Assembly (NCBI GenBank): GCA_965649295.1
Contig: CBFGKH010000004.1
Span: 86,158 to 150,157 of the forward strand
Length of the DNA stretch: 64,000 bases
Origin: a candidate division WOR-3 bacterium
Lineage (GTDB): Bacteria > Hydrothermota > Tepidihabitantia > Tepidihabitantales > Tepidihabitantaceae
Direction of reading: 5' to 3'
The position numbers and the translations under genes were made by a program. Shown here one piece after another: positions 36,419-45,956 of this stretch. A model generated the notes under the pieces. The model had not been told where the DNA came from, did not search any database, and saw only the letters and a program-made list of their open reading frames with translations. Positions within the stretch are counted from its first letter, which is position 1, and each line of letters opens with the position of its first letter.

Positions 36419-39112
36419 CTAGCGCAGAACAGCTGTCTTCTGGGCCCAAACCCCGTTCGGAGTGGCAATCTGTATCAAGTAGGTACCGGCGACAAGCTTG
36501 TTGCCTTCAAGGATGAAGGTCACCCGGTTCGACTTTGTCACCTGTTGCGTCTCGCTATGAACAACTCGACCGTCGGTGGCGACAACCCGGAGCGTCACCG
36601 GGCCGGTAGTCGGCGCGGTAAAGCGCACATGTGCCCGGACTGCGAACGGGTTGGGCGTGATTTCAACAGCTGTCGGATTGACTGCCGCCGGCGCAGCCTG
36701 TTCGAGCTCAATTCCCGGCAGCGGCTCGCCAAACCACTCCAAGCAGCGTCGGATGATCGTCCACTTCTGCAAGTAGCGGGTGGGGGATTGATCAATCGCC
36801 TCAAACGCGCAAGCGAAGAAGACCAGTTTGTAGGCGCCACCAAAACGGACTACGGCGTGAACTGTCGTGTCACCGTAGTCGCGGTAGTAGGCGCAACCGA
36901 ACGCACCGCCAATCGGCCGAACCCCATCGGCTGACCGCAATCCATTGCCCGCGCCGCCAGCCCCGCCCAAGACCATCGTGTCACCGCGCGTAATCGGGTC
37001 GCCAGGGATGCCGACAAGGTAGAACTTGCCAGTTGAGTCATCAACAAAGCTCGTGTGCAGGTAGTCGCTCAGGAACGAGTGGCCGTTCAGGTCCTGGGCG
37101 ATGCTCTGACCGCAGAGCAGCAGATTCTTGCCCGCATCGAGATAAGCGGTCAGGGCAGTGATGTCGTTGTCGGTCAGCGTCGTGCTCGAATCGTTGCCGG
37201 TGAACCAAATGACAACTGGGTAGCGCAGCAGGTCGGCGGCTGATGGCGAGCCCTGAGTCTGAACCGTGTGGACGTCGTAGAGCGCCCGAATCGAATCACA
37301 GGCAGCCTTGTACCAGTTCTCGTAGTTCTGCCCGTCATCGTCGTCAACTAGCAGGATGCGTGGCGAGCCGCAGATTGTACCGAACCAGAGCATGGAATCT
37401 ACTGCCGGTGGTGTCGAATGAACCATTACACGAAAGAGCAGCCGCTGCGGCGCTAGGTCCGGCGGTATCGTGACAACAAAGGAATCGGCAGAGTTGTTGG
37501 CTGAACTGCCGCCTGGAATATCACCAAAGTTCGAGCGACCACGGTCAATAACAACTGCTGGATTGGTGCAAGTCAGGTCAGCCGTGACACCAGTCGCATT
37601 GGCCCAGCCAGCACCATTGGCGAGGGTAACGATGAAGCTGACCGTCTCGCCGGGGTCGGGCCGACCATTGCCGGACGGCTCGTTGATACGCCAGTCAGCA
37701 AGAGTGATGTTGCAGTAGTAGATACGCAGCGTGACATTGCCGAGCGAGACGCGACCGGCACCCAGTTTGCCCTGAGCATAGAGCGGGTCCGGCATCGAAT
37801 CACAGGCCTCGTGCAAGACATCAATGACCTGCTGGTTGTTCAGTGTCGGATTCCAGGACTTGATCCAGCAGGCAACGCCGGCTGCCAGTGGCGCCGCCAT
37901 TGACGTGCCGTCCATCGAGGCATAAGAACCCATTGCCCGTGGTACGGTTGAGTAGATAGCAACCCCTGGGGCCGATACATCAACCCAGGTTCCCCAGTTT
38001 GAGAAGTCGGCCTTCATGTCAGCCTGATTCGAGGCAGCAACGCACTCAACGCCGTTGTAACAGGCCGGATAGCGCATCTGCTCAAGGTACTCATTGCCGG
38101 CCGAACCAAACAGCACACAGCCACCGGTCCAGGCATCCCAGCAGGCATCGCGAAGAGCGGCGTTCTGGCTCGTGCCGCCGAACGACATCGAGATTGCGAA
38201 CACGCCCTTGACCATTCCGTAGTAGATGGCCGAGACTGCGCGGTCAAGATAAACGCCGCCGCCGGTGCCACAGCGGACCGCAATCGAACGACAGTTCCAG
38301 GCTGCGGCAGCGACGCCGACGCCGTTGTTCGTCACAGCGTTGGCCGTTCCGTAGCAGTGAGTACCGTGGTCGTCAGTACCCGTTGGCATTGGCGTTGGGT
38401 CACGCGAAACAAAATCCCAGCCGATGACATCATCGGCATAACCGTTCTGATCCTGGTCAATGCCGTCTCGGTCACCACCCTGGCTTGCCGGCGTCGAATC
38501 GAAAACACCATTGCCGTTCAGGTCTTCAAGCGTGTTGATCCAGACATTGGCACCAAGGTCCGGATGCATCCAATCGAACCCGTCATCAACCGCCATATGC
38601 CGAACTGACGGACTGCCGTGAGCAACACCCCAGGCATACGGCCCCTGCAACCGGGCCAGGTGCCACTGCGATGCGTAGTAGGGATCGTTGGGCACGTCGT
38701 CAAGTCTAAGAACAGCATTGGGCTCGGCATAAGCCACTTCTGGCAGCGCCTCCAGTTCAGCGGCAACAGCGAAGACATCCTGGTCGGCGTCGAACTGAAT
38801 CGTGTACATCAGGTCGCCCTGGTAGCGGCCAGCCAGTATCTGGGCCTGCTCCGGCGTGACCAGCGGCATCGCATCACTAACACGCCAGCGGGCACAGACT
38901 GCATCAACTGACGCAATCCCAAAACTGACGGTCCCGTCCCTGACCACGAGCTTGGCGCGGCCGCGCTGCGATGGGTCGAGCTTGATCACCAGCTGGCCAG
39001 CAACGTAACGCTCACCAGCAGCGGTCGTGACTATCGGTCGGTCAACAACGGTCGGAACAGCGAGCAGAGTTGTTGCCAGTAGCAGGACAAGCGTGAGCAC
39101 ACGGATCTGCAT
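36419..39112 (-). CDS. S8 subtilisin-family serine peptidase with T9SS-like C-terminal domain
   Basis: Signal peptide, propeptide, triad VDDG / HGTHC / GTSMAAP, ILLVDDD module and CTD TPNPF..AGTY; GAGGAGG RBS before ATG 39112. Confidence 0.92.
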   Translation of the reverse strand: MQIRVLTLVLLLATTLLAVPTVVDRPIVTTAAGERYVAGQLVIKLDPSQRGRAKLVVRDGTVSFGIASVDAVCARWRVSDAMPLVTPEQAQILAGRYQGDLMYTIQFDADQDVFAVAAELEALPEVAYAEPNAVLRLDDVPNDPYYASQWHLARLQGPYAWGVAHGSPSVRHMAVDDGFDWMHPDLGANVWINTLEDLNGNGVFDSTPASQGGDRDGIDQDQNGYADDVIGWDFVSRDPTPMPTGTDDHGTHCYGTANAVTNNGVGVAAAAWNCRSIAVRCGTGGGVYLDRAVSAIYYGMVKGVFAISMSFGGTSQNAALRDACWDAWTGGCVLFGSAGNEYLEQMRYPACYNGVECVAASNQADMKADFSNWGTWVDVSAPGVAIYSTVPRAMGSYASMDGTSMAAPLAAGVACWIKSWNPTLNNQQVIDVLHEACDSMPDPLYAQGKLGAGRVSLGNVTLRIYYCNITLADWRINEPSGNGRPDPGETVSFIVTLANGAGWANATGVTADLTCTNPAVVIDRGRSNFGDIPGGSSANNSADSFVVTIPPDLAPQRLLFRVMVHSTPPAVDSMLWFGTICGSPRILLVDDDDGQNYENWYKAACDSIRALYDVHTVQTQGSPSAADLLRYPVVIWFTGNDSSTTLTDNDITALTAYLDAGKNLLLCGQSIAQDLNGHSFLSDYLHTSFVDDSTGKFYLVGIPGDPITRGDTMVLGGAGGAGNGLRSADGVRPIGGAFGCAYYRDYGDTTVHAVVRFGGAYKLVFFACAFEAIDQSPTRYLQKWTIIRRCLEWFGEPLPGIELEQAAPAAVNPTAVEITPNPFAVRAHVRFTAPTTGPVTLRVVATDGRVVHSETQQVTKSNRVTFILEGNKLVAGTYLIQIATPNGVWAQKTAVLR

Positions 39113-39206
39113 AGTATGCCTCCTCAGAGGATTGTTGTTTGTCGGACAACGGCGTGTTACGGTCTTCTTTTCGCCTAGGGAATCATAGGCTAGCTGCAGG
39201 CGAGTG

Positions 39207-39974
39207 TCAACGCTGGGCAGCCGGTCTGTCCGCCGCAATGATTAGCTGTTCGGGAATACCCTTGAGATTGGGAACTTCCCAATGCTGGCGAACATCGCCG
39301 ACCTCTTCGAGCGCCGCAATCTGCAGACCAGCCGCGATCAGATGATAGACGTGGTCGGCAATCGGCCAGTGGTATTCAAAGCGACCCAGTTCAGCCCCAG
39401 GCCGAGTCGGGTCCGGCGGGTCAAACTCATTACGCGGACGAATCCGGTGAAAGTAGGAATAGCGAATGCGCGGATGTCCCGGTTCCTGCTTCCAGATGCG
39501 CCGGAAAGGATGATACTCATTCACTATCAGCCGCCCACCGGCAACAAGTACTCGACGCACCGCTGCATAGAAACGACCAAGGTCACCAAGCTGCGACGCA
39601 AGCTGAGCCGCATAGCAAAAGTCCGCTGACTCAGTCTTGACATCAGCAAGGTCTGTCAGGTCAGACTGCATTAGCTCGATGTGAACGCCAAGAACCTGAG
39701 TGCGCACAAGCAGCACATCCAGCAGGCTGGCGCTAGCGTCAACTGCCGTTACTTGAGCACCCAGACCAGCCAGCGCTAAGGCTGCCATGCCGTCACCAAC
39801 GCCAAGCACATAGAGCCGCCGGCCAGCAACTGGCATCACCAGTTCCAGCTCGACCTGATTGAGGGCCAGACTTGGCATGGTAACAACCTGACGCCAGATT
39901 TCGCCGGCATCCGGCGACCGCTCCCAGGTCGGAGCAACCGGCACCCATTCCTGCCGGCTCATCGCTTCACTCAA
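39207..39974 (-). CDS. class I SAM-dependent methyltransferase
   Basis: VLGVGDG, VTAVDAS and RVLVAGGRLIV.EYHPF. Confidence 0.85.
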   Translation of the reverse strand: MSEAMSRQEWVPVAPTWERSPDAGEIWRQVVTMPSLALNQVELELVMPVAGRRLYVLGVGDGMAALALAGLGAQVTAVDASASLLDVLLVRTQVLGVHIELMQSDLTDLADVKTESADFCYAAQLASQLGDLGRFYAAVRRVLVAGGRLIVNEYHPFRRIWKQEPGHPRIRYSYFHRIRPRNEFDPPDPTRPGAELGRFEYHWPIADHVYHLIAAGLQIAALEEVGDVRQHWEVPNLKGIPEQLIIAADRPAAQR

Positions 39975-40606
39975 GGCCGGGGCCCAATGCGGTAGTCAAC
40001 CAATACCGCACTGTCGGTCCCGACCAACCGCTTGACCAACCCAACACCTGGCGCCAGCCAGTGTAGTTCAGTCACCTGGGCCAGCGTGTCTATTAGCTCG
40101 GCGCGGAACAGCTCGATTCGATAACAGTCGTTGAAAGTACCGGCCGGCGTCGAGACATCTTCAATTGCCGCCACCCGACCAGCCAGACTGTCGAAGATTG
40201 CTAATGTCTCGTTGCCCAGCACCCGAACCGTGTCACGAAAGGTCTCGCTCCATGTGTTGCCAAGAACCAACGGAAACTCGTAAACCCGAGCAAACCGGGC
40301 CTCAACCTCAACCTCGTTGCCACCGCGATAGACAGCCCGACGCTGATAGCGCCAGGCCCCGGTCCGGTCGCGCACCCAGAACTCGGGAACAAACGACCGA
40401 AGAACGATTATCGCCGTGCGCTCAGCGATAGCCGTGTCGCCGGCCACCGAGTCAATCAAGGTAAACTGACCGGTAGTGTAGGTCCAGCGTGTATCCTGGA
40501 CCAGCGGGAAATAGTCAGCGCCGGCCCGATACAATGTCATATCTGTGCAGCCGATCAGGGAAAGAAGGAGCCAGCTGAAAGACAACAGCCAATATCTAGA
40601 ACCCAT
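39971..40606 (-). CDS. hypothetical lipoprotein
   Basis: Lipobox LIG-C; DYFPL...W.Y, V.TPAGTF.DC and WLAPGVGLVK motifs. Confidence 0.75.
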   Translation of the reverse strand: MGSRYWLLSFSWLLLSLIGCTDMTLYRAGADYFPLVQDTRWTYTTGQFTLIDSVAGDTAIAERTAIIVLRSFVPEFWVRDRTGAWRYQRRAVYRGGNEVEVEARFARVYEFPLVLGNTWSETFRDTVRVLGNETLAIFDSLAGRVAAIEDVSTPAGTFNDCYRIELFRAELIDTLAQVTELHWLAPGVGLVKRLVGTDSAVLVDYRIGPRP

Positions 40607-41114
40607 AGCTCACTCCGACGGTCAGAATCGCAACCCAACAGGTGACAAGACGAGTGACCGCGCCTGCTGGCCTGGCACTAAGGAAGAGAGCATTGTCAAA
40701 TCCGAAACTCAGCCGACTACGCCCTTGGCGTTCCACAATCTCCATGCCCACGTGCGCCGAAGGCGACCGGCCCGACTCCGCTGCCGGGCCCAGACTACGC
40801 CGGGCAAACCCATATCCCGGACCGGCACCAACTGCAATCCCCCAGCTCGGCTGCCGCACGAACTCAAAAGCATAACGCAAGGCAAATTCGCCAAGGTCCA
40901 ACCGATAGGGACTTGACTGCGGGCCGGGCAGACCAGTATAGGCGTAGCTCAACTCAAGGCGACTCCGGCCACTGGCCCAGCCGAGAGCCACCCCAAGACG
41001 GGCACTAGACGTATGAGCAGGTGCAAGCCCAGTGGCGGGCAGGGCCGCGCCAATCGAACCACCGATATCAAAACCGGAAATCACCAGCAACGGCAGGAGA
41101 GTAAAGACTAGCAC
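40596..41114 (-). CDS. small outer-membrane beta-barrel protein (putative)
   Basis: Signal peptide, amphipathic strands and terminal VGVSYGF; leaderless TTGACT-16-TACAGT promoter at 41148-41121. Confidence 0.65.
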   Translation of the reverse strand: MLVFTLLPLLVISGFDIGGSIGAALPATGLAPAHTSSARLGVALGWASGRSRLELSYAYTGLPGPQSSPYRLDLGEFALRYAFEFVRQPSWGIAVGAGPGYGFARRSLGPAAESGRSPSAHVGMEIVERQGRSRLSFGFDNALFLSARPAGAVTRLVTCWVAILTVGVSYGF

Positions 41115-41162
41115 CCTGAAACTGTAGGCCGGCAGCTAGCCAAGTCAAGTTGCGGCAGCTGC

Positions 41163-42068
41163 TCAACCTAGCGCCAGCATCCGCTCAATCGCGGCCCGGG
41201 CCCGATCAACGACCTGGCTGGGCAGCACTATCTCCGGCACACTACCGGCAAGGGCTGCCTCAACACTCGCCAGTGACGTCAGTTTCATATTGCGACAAAG
41301 CGCGGCCCGGCGCAGAGGGTAACAGCGGACTTGAGGATGATCGCGGGCAATTCTCGCGCACATTCCTGCCTCAGTACCGAGTACAACCTCGCCGTAGCTC
41401 GCTGCCAGCCGCACCATTCCTGATGTCGAAGCGACATCATCAGCCGCCGCAATCACCTCAGGCCGGCACTCGGGGTGAACAATAACCCTGGCATTCGGAT
41501 GTTCCCGACGGGCTCTGGCCACATCTTCGACACGGAACCCGGCGTGTACGTAGCAGAATCCTGGCCAGGGAATAATGGCACGACCAGTGGTGCGGGCGAC
41601 ATAGCTGGCAAGATTCTCATCCGGCACGAAGAGAATCCGATCCCTCGCCGGCAACGAATTCACCACTCTGACCGCATTGGCCGAGGTACAGCAGATGTCC
41701 GCCTCCGCCTTGACCTCGGCGGTCGTGTTGACATAGGCAACTACCGTCACCGGTTCAAGCTCACGTCGGCGTTGGCGCAACGCCGCGGCTGATATCATGT
41801 CGGCCATCTGACAACCGGCTGTTGGCTCAGCCAGTACGACCCTGGCGGCCGGGTTCAGCAGCTTAGCGGTCTCAGCCATGAATTGGACACCACAGAAGAC
41901 GATTGTTCGGGCACGACTCTTCTGGGCCTGCTGAGCTAGCTCCAGCGAATCACCAATGAAATCAGCCACCTGGTAGATTTCCGGCAACTGGTAGTTATGC
42001 GCCAGCACCACTGCTTCTTGCTCAATTTTGAGCTGCCGGATACGAGCGATAATCGCGCTGTCGTTCAT
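41163..42068 (-). CDS. nadA: quinolinate synthase
   Basis: LAHNYQ, GDSLEL, FCGV.FMAET, CTSANA, HPEC and C.NMK. Confidence 0.97.
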   Translation of the reverse strand: MNDSAIIARIRQLKIEQEAVVLAHNYQLPEIYQVADFIGDSLELAQQAQKSRARTIVFCGVQFMAETAKLLNPAARVVLAEPTAGCQMADMISAAALRQRRRELEPVTVVAYVNTTAEVKAEADICCTSANAVRVVNSLPARDRILFVPDENLASYVARTTGRAIIPWPGFCYVHAGFRVEDVARARREHPNARVIVHPECRPEVIAAADDVASTSGMVRLAASYGEVVLGTEAGMCARIARDHPQVRCYPLRRAALCRNMKLTSLASVEAALAGSVPEIVLPSQVVDRARAAIERMLALG

Positions 42069-42550
42069 CGCGGCCGATGTCTTGGCTGGCGCGGCGGCCG
42101 TCGCGGCAGCCGGGACGGTTGCGGGTCAGTCGGCTGCGGCAGCCAGACCCGATTCTCATCGAGAATATGCACAATCTCAAAACCATCCTTGGCCAATAAG
42201 TCACCAATCAGCTTACGGTGACAATTGGTTGGCGACTCCTCGGCACAGAGAATACAGCAGACACGCTTCGGAGCTTTACCACGAATGATTCCAAGCCCCC
42301 GGCTGAACTCATCAGTCTCGGTCCAACGACGGTAGTCATCGCGCTGCGGGCCGCCTAGCTCATTGCCAAGATAGATATAATCAACACCCTGACCAGCACA
42401 AAGAGCTTGTAATCCGTTACGCCGAAAGTGCTCTTCTTGGGCCTCAGGGACACGTCGGACATCAAAAATCACCTGCACGCCGTACTTGGTCAAGATCCGG
42501 CTAAAGTCAAAAGCCGGCCGATGGCCGGTTCCGAGAGTAAAAATCCTCAT
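42065..42550 (-). CDS. DUF488 family protein
   Basis: IFTLG.G.R, DVRRVP, ELGG and CAEE.P..CHR. Confidence 0.85.
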   Translation of the reverse strand: MRIFTLGTGHRPAFDFSRILTKYGVQVIFDVRRVPEAQEEHFRRNGLQALCAGQGVDYIYLGNELGGPQRDDYRRWTETDEFSRGLGIIRGKAPKRVCCILCAEESPTNCHRKLIGDLLAKDGFEIVHILDENRVWLPQPTDPQPSRLPRRPPRQPRHRPR

Positions 42551-42611
42551 GGCCAACCACCATTCGGCTTCGGAGCAACAGGACAAACAGAAAAACAGCC
42601 GTAAGCCAGCA

Positions 42612-43370
42612 TCAGTCTGCAGTTCCTTCGGCAGTCGCTACCACCGGACTCAGCGCCGGCGTGCGTGACTCCAGTCGGATTGAACCGAACTCAGTCTCCT
42701 GAATCACGCGCAGCTCGCCCAATCGAACAAGTTCGAGCACAGCGATGAACATCACAATCACCTCGGTCAGGCTGCTGCCCGTGACTGCTTCTTCGAATGC
42801 CAGCGCTCCCCGTTCGCGCAACAGCGCTCGCAAGGCGGCAATCTTGTCTTCGAGCCGGACACGCGGGGGCGCAATCGTTGCCACCCGTGCTGGCGTGACC
42901 CGCGCCAGCACCCGGCGCAGCGCGGCTGTCAGAGCAACTACATCTTCGGATTCGGCGAGTCGCGCCCGGGGCGTTTCTCCCAAGCGAGGAAAGAGCTGCC
43001 GACGTTGCCCCTCCTTCTCTGAGAGTAGCCTTGCGACCTGTTGATAACGACGGAACTCATCGAGAATCTGTTCGAGCGTCACCGTCGGTGTCTCCAGGTC
43101 TTCTTCTGGGCTACGCGGCAGCAACTCACGCACCTTCAGTCGCAGCAGCACGGCCGACATGATTACGAAGTCAGCCGCCACGTCCATGTTGAGCTGCGTA
43201 GCAGCAGCTACCGACTGAAGAAAATCGTTTGTCAGCCGAGCGACCGGCACATCAAGAATATCGAGCTCGTTCTTGCGGACAAGATAGAGCAGGAGCTCAA
43301 CCGGGCCTTCGAACATTTCGAGCAGAACCGTGTGCTGCTCAGCCGCGACCGGCGCCGGCAAGTCACTCAC
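42612..43370 (-). CDS. scpA: segregation/condensation protein A (kleisin)
   Basis: FEGPVELLLYLV.K.ELDI, K.R.LLP and F.AVLEL. Confidence 0.92.
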   Translation of the reverse strand: MSDLPAPVAAEQHTVLLEMFEGPVELLLYLVRKNELDILDVPVARLTNDFLQSVAAATQLNMDVAADFVIMSAVLLRLKVRELLPRSPEEDLETPTVTLEQILDEFRRYQQVARLLSEKEGQRRQLFPRLGETPRARLAESEDVVALTAALRRVLARVTPARVATIAPPRVRLEDKIAALRALLRERGALAFEEAVTGSSLTEVIVMFIAVLELVRLGELRVIQETEFGSIRLESRTPALSPVVATAEGTAD

Positions 43371-44407
43371 AACTGAACAACCTCGTGGTCGCGCTGCCCC
43401 AGGCCGCGCTCCTCCGCGGCCTGTAACAACAGGTCAGGCTTAAGATGGGGGTAAATCTCCCGCAGTCGCGCCGCCGTGCTGTCCCAGGCAGCCTGTTCAC
43501 ACGCCACCGGGTCAAGCGAAGCGAACACACCAACATCGGGCATGAACGGCTCATCGGTCTGCGGATAACAGTCACAGTTCGGGCTCAGCCGCAAACAGAA
43601 GTTGAAGTGAATCGCCTCGCGACCGAGCAGCACCGCCCGTGCATACTCAACCACTTTGAGCTGCACCGTCTCCGACGCCAGGTCCCAATTGATACGAATC
43701 GCACCGTGCGGACAAACCGCCAGGCAGCCACCGCAGCCAGTGCAGCTTCGGCCAATCTTGGCCACATACTGGACAAAGTTGATGGCGTCGTGGGGACAGT
43801 AGTCAACGCAGGTGCCGCAACTGGTACATTTGTCCGGCTCAACTGCCGGTTTCGATGACGAATGCATTTCGAGCTTGCCAGCCTTGGCTGCCAGGCCCAT
43901 CGCCAGGTTCTTGAACACACCGCCAAAACCAGTAACAAAGTGACCCTTGAAGTGGGCCAGATTGATGATGTAGCGCAACCGCCGCAGCCCCTGGGCCAGT
44001 CTTGCCTGCGGAACCAGTTTCGAATCGGGCAGCGGTACCGAATAGCTCTTCTCACCGTGCTGACCATCGAGTATCTCAATCGGGGCCAGCAGTGTCTCAG
44101 TGCTGAACCCGTGCTCGCGGGCCAGCCGCAAGTGCTCTCGCGCCTGCTGGCGCCGGCCCCGATAGAGAGCAGTCGTCTCGATCACCACCGGCTGTAGATT
44201 ATAGTAGCTCGCGGCAACCGCGGCGGCACGGACAAATTCCGGCCGTATGTGATTGTGATTACCCTGCTCACCAAAGTGGACCTTAATGCCAATCCGCTTT
44301 TTCGGCCGCAGGCGCCTAAAGAACCCGGACGCTTCGAGTATCGCCCCGACTCCGTCACGGGCCCGCTCCGGCGGCACGAAATAGACGACTGGCTTATCCT
44401 TACTCAC
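43367..44407 (-). CDS. DUF362 domain / 4Fe-4S ferredoxin protein
   Basis: IKVHFGE.GN, HFKGH..GFGG..KNL.MG, two CxxCxxCxxxCP and PNCDC; GTG start overlaps the amrS stop. Confidence 0.9.
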   Translation of the reverse strand: MSKDKPVVYFVPPERARDGVGAILEASGFFRRLRPKKRIGIKVHFGEQGNHNHIRPEFVRAAAVAASYYNLQPVVIETTALYRGRRQQAREHLRLAREHGFSTETLLAPIEILDGQHGEKSYSVPLPDSKLVPQARLAQGLRRLRYIINLAHFKGHFVTGFGGVFKNLAMGLAAKAGKLEMHSSSKPAVEPDKCTSCGTCVDYCPHDAINFVQYVAKIGRSCTGCGGCLAVCPHGAIRINWDLASETVQLKVVEYARAVLLGREAIHFNFCLRLSPNCDCYPQTDEPFMPDVGVFASLDPVACEQAAWDSTAARLREIYPHLKPDLLLQAAEERGLGQRDHEVVQL

Positions 44408-45477
44408 TGCCATACTCCATGAATCCAGGCCCGACAATCAGGGCAGCGATGGTCCCGGATTCGATTCCTGGTAACTCGATAGCCAGTGCGCTCAATCAGC
44501 ACCGCGCCGCAGCTTGGGCAGCGCGTGTTCTCGCCCTTATGGCCCGGAACGTTGCCAACATAAACGTATTTGAGGCCGGTAGCGCGAGCAATCCGGACAG
44601 CGGTCTCAAGTGTCGGCACCGGCGTTGTCGGCGTGTTTTGCAACCGGTAGTTCGGAACAAAGCGAGTAAAATGGACCGGCACCGTATCGCCCACATTCTC
44701 AACCAACCAACGACACATTCTCTTGATTGTCGTCGTATCGTCGTTGAGTGATGGCACCACTAGATTGACGATTTCGAGGTGGGTGCCGGACTGCGCGACA
44801 ATCCGACAGGCCTCGAGTACTGGTTCCAGCGTGCTACCGCAGACACTACGATAGAAGTCCGGTGTGAAGCCCTTCAGGTCAATCTTGATTGCATCAACAA
44901 GCCGACACAGCTCTTGGAGCGGCTCAGGATTGATGTAGCCACCGGTCACGACTGCGGTGCGGATGCGGGCCTGACGACAAAGCCGGGCGATGTCACACAT
45001 GTATTCAAAAAAGACAACTGGCTCCGTGTAGGTAAAGCAGACAATCGGCACCTTCTCCGCCTTGGCCAGTTCGACAACGGCTGCTGGTGTCAATGTCTGC
45101 GCCGCCACATCTTCCGGACTTGCTTGCGAAAGCTCCCAGTTCTGACAGTACTGGCAGCGCTGATTGCAACCAACCGTGGCTAGAGTAATTCGCTGAGCAC
45201 CGGGCAGGAAGTGAAAGAATGGAGCCTTCTCGATCGGCTCCTTGTTCAGGGCACAAGCCCGACCATAGACGAGCGAGTAAAGCGTGCCATCCTGGTTCTC
45301 GCGCACACGGCAGGCCCCACGCTGACCCGGGGCCAAAACGCAGCGCCGCGGACATAGCTCACAGGCAACCAGTCTGTCAGCCAGACGACGGTAATACCTT
45401 GCCTCATGCCGGGCGGGCGGACTCTCCGCCTCTGCCCCAATTAGCGCGGCAAGAAAGACTAGACCAAGCCTAATCAT
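44404..45477 (-). CDS. amrS: AmmeMemoRadiSam system radical SAM enzyme
   Basis: CELCPRRC, PIEK.PFFHF.PG, GCNQRCQYCQNWELSQ, YTEP and YVYVGNVPG...T.CP.CG. Confidence 0.93.
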   Translation of the reverse strand: MIRLGLVFLAALIGAEAESPPARHEARYYRRLADRLVACELCPRRCVLAPGQRGACRVRENQDGTLYSLVYGRACALNKEPIEKAPFFHFLPGAQRITLATVGCNQRCQYCQNWELSQASPEDVAAQTLTPAAVVELAKAEKVPIVCFTYTEPVVFFEYMCDIARLCRQARIRTAVVTGGYINPEPLQELCRLVDAIKIDLKGFTPDFYRSVCGSTLEPVLEACRIVAQSGTHLEIVNLVVPSLNDDTTTIKRMCRWLVENVGDTVPVHFTRFVPNYRLQNTPTTPVPTLETAVRIARATGLKYVYVGNVPGHKGENTRCPSCGAVLIERTGYRVTRNRIRDHRCPDCRAWIHGVWQ

Positions 45478-45922
45478 TCGGCTTGAAGAACAGTAGGTGA
45501 ATCAAAAAGCCTATCGCCGCACTTACGAGAAAAGCGCCCCCCAGTCCACAGCAGGTCAGTGCCTTTGCCTCATTCGGTGCATTGGCGATGCGACCATAAT
45601 CGAGGAAAACATCGGTCACCATTCCCGGCTCGACTGTAACTGACCGCGTACCGGCATTGATAGCTGCCAGGGTCCAGACTGCCGAGAGTTTTTCACCGAT
45701 GCGACCGGTGCGCAATCGCCAGTACACGGTCTCCAAGCTATCATCAGAGACGATTGAAACAAGATACTTGCCGGCAGCCAATCGGTGGTCATTCACAGGT
45801 GCCCGACCAAGGTATTCACCTTCGAGATAGACCTGCAAGCCAGGCATGTTCGACCGAACGGTCAAAAGGCCAGAATCAGGCTGCGACTGACTGACGAGCA
45901 GAACAATCATTATGGTCAACAT
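45470..45922 (-). CDS. PEGA-domain membrane-anchored protein
   Basis: G.L.VRSN.PG..VYL.G.YLG.AP PEGA signature; C-terminal TM. Confidence 0.75.
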   Translation of the reverse strand: MLTIMIVLLVSQSQPDSGLLTVRSNMPGLQVYLEGEYLGRAPVNDHRLAAGKYLVSIVSDDSLETVYWRLRTGRIGEKLSAVWTLAAINAGTRSVTVEPGMVTDVFLDYGRIANAPNEAKALTCCGLGGAFLVSAAIGFLIHLLFFKPND

Positions 45923-45956
45923 AGCGATGAGACAATAGCCCAGCGGTCAGGCTCAG

